In this document: positions 27,993-32,000 of the stretch, in pieces
Layout of the letters: each line of letters begins with the position of its first letter
Numbering within the stretch: position 1 is the first letter of the stretch
Origin: Candidatus Heimdallarchaeota archaeon
GTDB lineage: Archaea; Asgardarchaeota; Heimdallarchaeia; JABLTI01
Direction of reading: 5' to 3'
Length of the DNA stretch: 32,000 nucleotides
Assembly (NCBI GenBank): GCA_030614005.1
Contig: JAUWKS010000012.1
Coordinates: 1 to 32,000, forward strand
Notes under the pieces: model-generated
Database searches by the model: none
Told to the model about the DNA's origin: nothing
The model's input: only the letters and a program-made list of their open reading frames with translations
Program-made: the position numbers and the translations under genes

Positions 27993-28044
27993 GGTAAGAA
28001 AAAATACCGAATTGGGAATAAGTACCGATTCGGTTAATTCAAAC

Positions 28045-29442
28045 TTAAAAAACCAATTCTGATAGTTCTTCTAAAGTACAATCTAACAAAAATGGATTGA
28101 AATTGTTCCCTAGTACTTTCGTCAATTCTGCAAGTCTTTTGTGTTTTACTGTTGTTTTTGAGAATGGCCATTTATGTTCTGGTTTTGGTGTTATGCCCAG
28201 TTTTTCACAAGTTTCCACTAAATCTACAATACCATTGAAAACTAAGTCTCGAGTAAGGTTTATTGGACGAATTTCACGAGAATGCATAATAATACCTTTT
28301 ATTTTGTCATTCCCTACATGCCATAAAGATGGTGCATGACCATATTTAATAAAAGGTAGGAAACTATTTTTTCCTGATGTTTCATTAATTTCTTTAATTA
28401 TTTCCTCATATCTTAGAAGATTTTCACCATAAATTCCAAATCCCTCGAAAAGAGCGATTTGATATCCTTCCGGTGGATTTCTTTTTGCCAGGTTTATTCT
28501 TATATCCTTCTTCTTCTCAAATTCTTCCAAATCTACTTCTGAAAAAGTGGTAAAGGGGATATTTTTGATGATCTCAACCATTTTATCGTTGTAGTCTCTA
28601 GGATATTCAAAGATAAACATTGGTGGGTTTGTTTTATCAGCGATGTCAGGGTGTTCTGCTTGTACGATACTTTCACCATATGTTAACGGAATATTGTTTT
28701 CAATTAAATCATAGATCACTTTTCCAAAAGCATTTAGATTGTCACAATGCACAAAAGCATAACTTAGCTCTCCAGTATCTGGTAACTCCTTAATTACCAC
28801 TTTGATTTTAGAAATAAAACCAAGTACCCCATGAGACCCTGCAATATCCATCAATGAAAAATTTGCTTCTTGTAATTTCTTTTCTAATTCTTTATTCTCA
28901 GAAGTTATTTTCACTTTGAGCTTGTCGTTTTCGCCCTCAAGCTGTTCTACAATAATCTTGTTGTTATTATAATCGATTAATTCAACGGCAAGAACATTAT
29001 CAATCATTGTTCCTGCTAACCAAGCATCATTTCCCCCACCATCTGTGCTTAGAATTCCTCCTAAAGTAGCGATATCTCTACTTGATGGAGCAATGAAAAA
29101 TTTCCAATTTGCTTTTTGTTGTTGAATTATCTCATTTAATTCATCTGGTGTGATTCCAGGTTCAACAACTGCATATCCGTCTTTAAAATTCAGCTCAAGT
29201 ACTTTCTTCAATCTCATAGTACTAATAATAACTTTCTTTCTTGAAGCACCTGTGCAAGCACCACTTAGACCTGAACCGCCACCTTTAGTTGTAATAGGTA
29301 AATTGTTCTCTCGAGCAAAAGTGATTGCTTCGTTTATTTCAGGTTCATTTGTTGGTGCAAAGACTTTAATGTTTGAATCCGGGTCAATCTTCTGAAAAAT
29401 AGAAGCATTTGAGCCAATAACTATTCGTCGTAATTTTTCCAT
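28045..29442 (-). CDS. FAD-binding oxidoreductase, VAO/GlcD-like (divergent C-terminal domain); ORF track start 29478, 29442 preferred
   Basis: KGGGSGLSG, VEPG, APSS...ATLGG..STDGGG and GSHGVLGFI. A strong GAGGAGG SD precedes ATG 29442, and the upstream gene stops at 29444. Confidence 0.85.
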   Translation of the reverse strand: MEKLRRIVIGSNASIFQKIDPDSNIKVFAPTNEPEINEAITFARENNLPITTKGGGSGLSGACTGASRKKVIISTMRLKKVLELNFKDGYAVVEPGITPDELNEIIQQQKANWKFFIAPSSRDIATLGGILSTDGGGNDAWLAGTMIDNVLAVELIDYNNNKIIVEQLEGENDKLKVKITSENKELEKKLQEANFSLMDIAGSHGVLGFISKIKVVIKELPDTGELSYAFVHCDNLNAFGKVIYDLIENNIPLTYGESIVQAEHPDIADKTNPPMFIFEYPRDYNDKMVEIIKNIPFTTFSEVDLEEFEKKKDIRINLAKRNPPEGYQIALFEGFGIYGENLLRYEEIIKEINETSGKNSFLPFIKYGHAPSLWHVGNDKIKGIIMHSREIRPINLTRDLVFNGIVDLVETCEKLGITPKPEHKWPFSKTTVKHKRLAELTKVLGNNFNPFLLDCTLEELSELVF

Positions 29443-29443
29443 T

Positions 29444-30580
29444 TTAATTCTCCTCCTCAGTTGAAATCGCTTGAGCAAGATGTTCTACAATGTCCCAAGT
29501 AGTTATACCACTTTGTTCAAATTGCTCAAGGCATGAAGGACAACAAGTCACTACACAAGTATCTTCCTCTTTGAGTTTCTCTTTTACTATTCTTTGATTG
29601 ATAATATCTTGTGCTATTTCATTATTTGTAACTCGTAACATTCCTCCACCCCCACAACAAGATGGTTCCATTTCAATTACATCAATGCCCATCTTTTTCA
29701 TTAGATTTCTAGGTGCATGAATTACTTCATTATTTCTAAACAATTCGCAAGGATCATGATATTTGAGTTTGATATTTAATTTCCTAGGAACTGTTTTAAT
29801 TTTTTCATCAAAGTATTCCGTTAAATGTAAAATTCTTACTGAAGGGTCTATCTTATGATGATCTCTTAAAGCTTCTAAACAACCAGGACAATCAGTAATA
29901 ATCGTTTTTGCTTTTGTATTAGTGAAGACCTCTGTATTGTGTGCTCTCAGCACATCTGCTTCCTCTACTTTTCCTATAAGATCAAGAGGATGCCCACAAC
30001 AGAATTCTTCTCCTCCGAGAACAAGATAATCTTCATCAATATACTCCATTACTTTGAAAATGGATTTCAGTACGTTTGAATGTCTACTTCTAAAGGACAT
30101 TAAACAACCTACGAAAAATACTGTATCGGATGTTTTACCTTCACTATAGATTTTGTCCTCGATATCAGGGAAATCGTCTTCAAGTTCCATAGTCCAAGAT
30201 TCTGCCCTCATTTCATTGTCTAAACCATAAACATTCATTTCATCACTGATATTTTCTTCAATTTGAATTACTTTAGGGAAGAGCTTAACAGTATCTTTTC
30301 TATGTTCTCTAAAGATATCTATTAAGTCTACTTCAGAAGAACAGACTTCAACACAGCGCCCACAAAATGCACAAGTAAAGATAGTTGAAGCGTAGTCCTT
30401 GGCTAACTCTTCATCATCGAATTTCTCTGGCAAAGCATCTTTTAGTTTTAAATAGTAAAGCTTCCCTCGAGGGGAAAAAACCTCTTGGCCAGTAGCTCTG
30501 TAAATTGGGCATATTAATACGCACGAACCACATTGTACACACTTTTTCAGTAACTCATCGATGTCAGTTTTACTGGTCAT
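29444..30580 (-). CDS. Fe-S oxidoreductase with two [4Fe-4S] motifs and two CCG domains (GlpC/GlcF/HdrD-like)
   Basis: CVQCGSCVLICP, CAFCGRCVEVC, FVGC, EFCCG, CPGC, HDPC, CCGGGG and CCPSC. Confidence 0.9.
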   Translation of the reverse strand: MTSKTDIDELLKKCVQCGSCVLICPIYRATGQEVFSPRGKLYYLKLKDALPEKFDDEELAKDYASTIFTCAFCGRCVEVCSSEVDLIDIFREHRKDTVKLFPKVIQIEENISDEMNVYGLDNEMRAESWTMELEDDFPDIEDKIYSEGKTSDTVFFVGCLMSFRSRHSNVLKSIFKVMEYIDEDYLVLGGEEFCCGHPLDLIGKVEEADVLRAHNTEVFTNTKAKTIITDCPGCLEALRDHHKIDPSVRILHLTEYFDEKIKTVPRKLNIKLKYHDPCELFRNNEVIHAPRNLMKKMGIDVIEMEPSCCGGGGMLRVTNNEIAQDIINQRIVKEKLKEEDTCVVTCCPSCLEQFEQSGITTWDIVEHLAQAISTEEEN

Positions 30581-30751
30581 TTTAAAAATAGTCCTTTATA
30601 TCTTTCATAATCATTGAGTTTGATTTTAATTAATAAATATGGTGAAGCTTTTTCTTTTTGATTGTGCCTCTATACAAAATTATGTTAGAGATTACATTTA
30701 TTTTTTGCCTCAAAAGTGGAGTTTTTAATCTTGGTTACTGAAGGTGTTGTG

Positions 30752-30767
30752 TAAAGAATATTTTATA
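30752..30767 (+). promoter_or_regulatory. Putative BRE/TATA promoter for a leaderless transcript of the longin-like ORF
   Basis: Purine-rich TAAAGAA followed by TTTTATA, about 25 nt upstream of TTG 30791 / GTG 30794. No SD motif is present. Confidence 0.35.
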
Positions 30768-30790
30768 CCGCTCATATAACTACAAATTAT

Positions 30791-32000
30791 TTGGTGGCAG
30801 AAGTTATCTTGGCCTCTAACGAAATAGACGAAAAACAATTGGCAGAAGAATTTTATAATTCTATGAGAGGTTTTGTTGTTATTGAAGAATCAGGACTACC
30901 AAAATATGTCGAATTTTTAACTGAAGAGAAAATAGATATTATTCTACTCGCTGGTCTTCTCTCAAGCTTACAAGCACTTTCAGAAGTTATTAGTTCTGAG
31001 AATATTAAAACAATTGTTACTTCAAATTCTAGTTTTGTTTTTGAATTACGTGAAAAATTCTTTTTTGTTATATGGATTGAAAAAACAATTAATGCGATAG
31101 AAAACTATGATCCTTTTATTATGAAAATTATCTCCCGTTTTGAGGGAGCTAGTAGTTCAGATATCGATAGTTCATTACTAATTTCAAATCTTACTGAAAC
31201 TCCCGAATATGAAAAATTAGGTCGCAGATTGGTAAAAATCCGTACCAAAGAAGCACGGTATATTGATGCTCATAAGAAACTTGAATCCGATTTTAAAAAG
31301 AGTAGGGATATCAAATATATTGTCAATAAGCTTGCCGGAATAGATGGTTTGTTTGTCATCAATAAATATAATGACCAAATGCTTCATTCTGAATTTTATC
31401 GAGGAGAATCTATTTTCAATATCCAAATACTTTCTAATTTTATTATTGGTATTCGAAAATCGATGAAAAATCTTGATCCTGGCACTCTCGAAGAAGTCAG
31501 TACTCAAAATTATCGTTTTATTATCCGTGAAAGTGCTGACTATTTCTGTGTTTTTGAAGTAATTAAAGGGTTAGCAAATGAGGATAAGCTAGACAAAACT
31601 ATTACTAAATTAATGAATAGATATGAAGGTTTACGACGAAAAACTTCTGATATAAAGATTCTTCAAAATTGGGACACCACCTCTGAGCAGGAGATTCTTG
31701 GTCAGTTTTCAATGGAAATGAGGGAATTCAAAGGAGATAATGGTACTAATAGTAAATCGTTAGACCGTCAAGCTTCTAAGATATCATTTGGAGATGACAG
31801 CTATAAATGGAGAAAAGAAGAAGATCAACTCTATACTACGATGGATATTTACAAAGAGATTTTCTTAGCAGGAATAATTTGTTCCAGTAGTAAATTCTTT
31901 GTTAGTAGAAGAACTTCAGATATCAACGATTGGATGCAATCGGTTAAGGAACTTCAATTAAATAAACTACTGAACCTTCTTGCAGCAAAAAAACCAAATG
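30791..32000 (+). CDS. Multi-domain protein with tandem longin/roadblock-like (profilin-like fold) domains, truncated by the right window edge
   Basis: Hand translation shows 403 stop-free codons from TTG 30791 (in-frame stop upstream at 30752). Two roughly 100-aa units align with each other and both end in R(F/Y)EG. Absent from the ORF track because no stop is reached. Confidence 0.8.
   Translation, partial: MVAEVILASNEIDEKQLAEEFYNSMRGFVVIEESGLPKYVEFLTEEKIDIILLAGLLSSLQALSEVISSENIKTIVTSNSSFVFELREKFFFVIWIEKTINAIENYDPFIMKIISRFEGASSSDIDSSLLISNLTETPEYEKLGRRLVKIRTKEARYIDAHKKLESDFKKSRDIKYIVNKLAGIDGLFVINKYNDQMLHSEFYRGESIFNIQILSNFIIGIRKSMKNLDPGTLEEVSTQNYRFIIRESADYFCVFEVIKGLANEDKLDKTITKLMNRYEGLRRKTSDIKILQNWDTTSEQEILGQFSMEMREFKGDNGTNSKSLDRQASKISFGDDSYKWRKEEDQLYTTMDIYKEIFLAGIICSSSKFFVSRRTSDINDWMQSVKELQLNKLLNLLAAKKPN

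Noticed and set aside
28006-28034. Inverted repeat ACCGAAT...ATTCGGT between convergent genes
   Set aside because: The stem is only 7 bp with a 15-nt loop and no clear U-tract. It could be a terminator but is too weak to call.
14633-29395. Nested ORFs at 14633, 14880, 16076, 16111, 16401, 17968, 20028, 21188, 21219, 21988, 22508, 23154, 25371, 25978, 26121, 28097 and 29150
   Set aside because: They are shadow ORFs of longer, family-assignable genes or overlap better candidates.
30639-30728. About 29-codon ORF (MVKLFLFDCASIQ...) in the divergent intergenic region
   Set aside because: It has no SD, TM helix or motif, and it overlaps the probable promoter region, so it is likely chance.
31217-31507. 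Track ORF 31217..31507 (-), 96 aa
   Set aside because: It is antisense to the 403-codon open frame on the plus strand, which has an internal repeat structure.
1-32000. rRNA, tRNA, CRISPR arrays, IS elements or proviral genes
   Set aside because: By eye I found no GC-rich structured island, regularly spaced repeats, transposase or integrase motifs, or terminal inverted repeats. tRNAscan-SE, Infernal and CRISPR finders were not run.

Overview
An AT-rich, gene-dense archaeal chromosome segment. An Asgard (probably Heimdallarchaeia-like) origin is inferred from tandem longin/roadblock-like domains, an Rpa2-type OB+winged-helix protein, a methanogen-type SerRS, Mch and PGF-tailed surface proteins; no database search was possible. 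From left to right the window holds: a HAD hydrolase cut by the window edge; a four-gene envelope thiol-redox cluster (membrane metal-dependent hydrolase, TlpA with Ig-like repeats, TlpA-CcdA fusion, Cys-pair surface protein); OsmC; an ISOCOT-like hypothetical; Rpa2; a solo feoA with a candidate DtxR-type box; a GH57 amylase; a divergent Mch next to UDP-glucose dehydrogenase; a TPR protein; a serS-hycI-taw2-PUA run; DNA polymerase IV; a frameshifted methyltransferase; several orphan small genes, including a 34-aa membrane microprotein missed by the ORF track; an Lhr helicase; EngB; a PflX-like radical SAM protein; a surface-protein gene split by one in-frame TAG; a C_GCAxxG_C_C protein; and a GlcD-like plus CCG/Fe-S oxidoreductase pair. 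At the right edge is an ORF absent from the supplied track (over 400 aa, truncated) built from internally duplicated longin/roadblock-like domains. I consider this the most interesting item. I saw no rRNA, tRNA, CRISPR array or mobile element.
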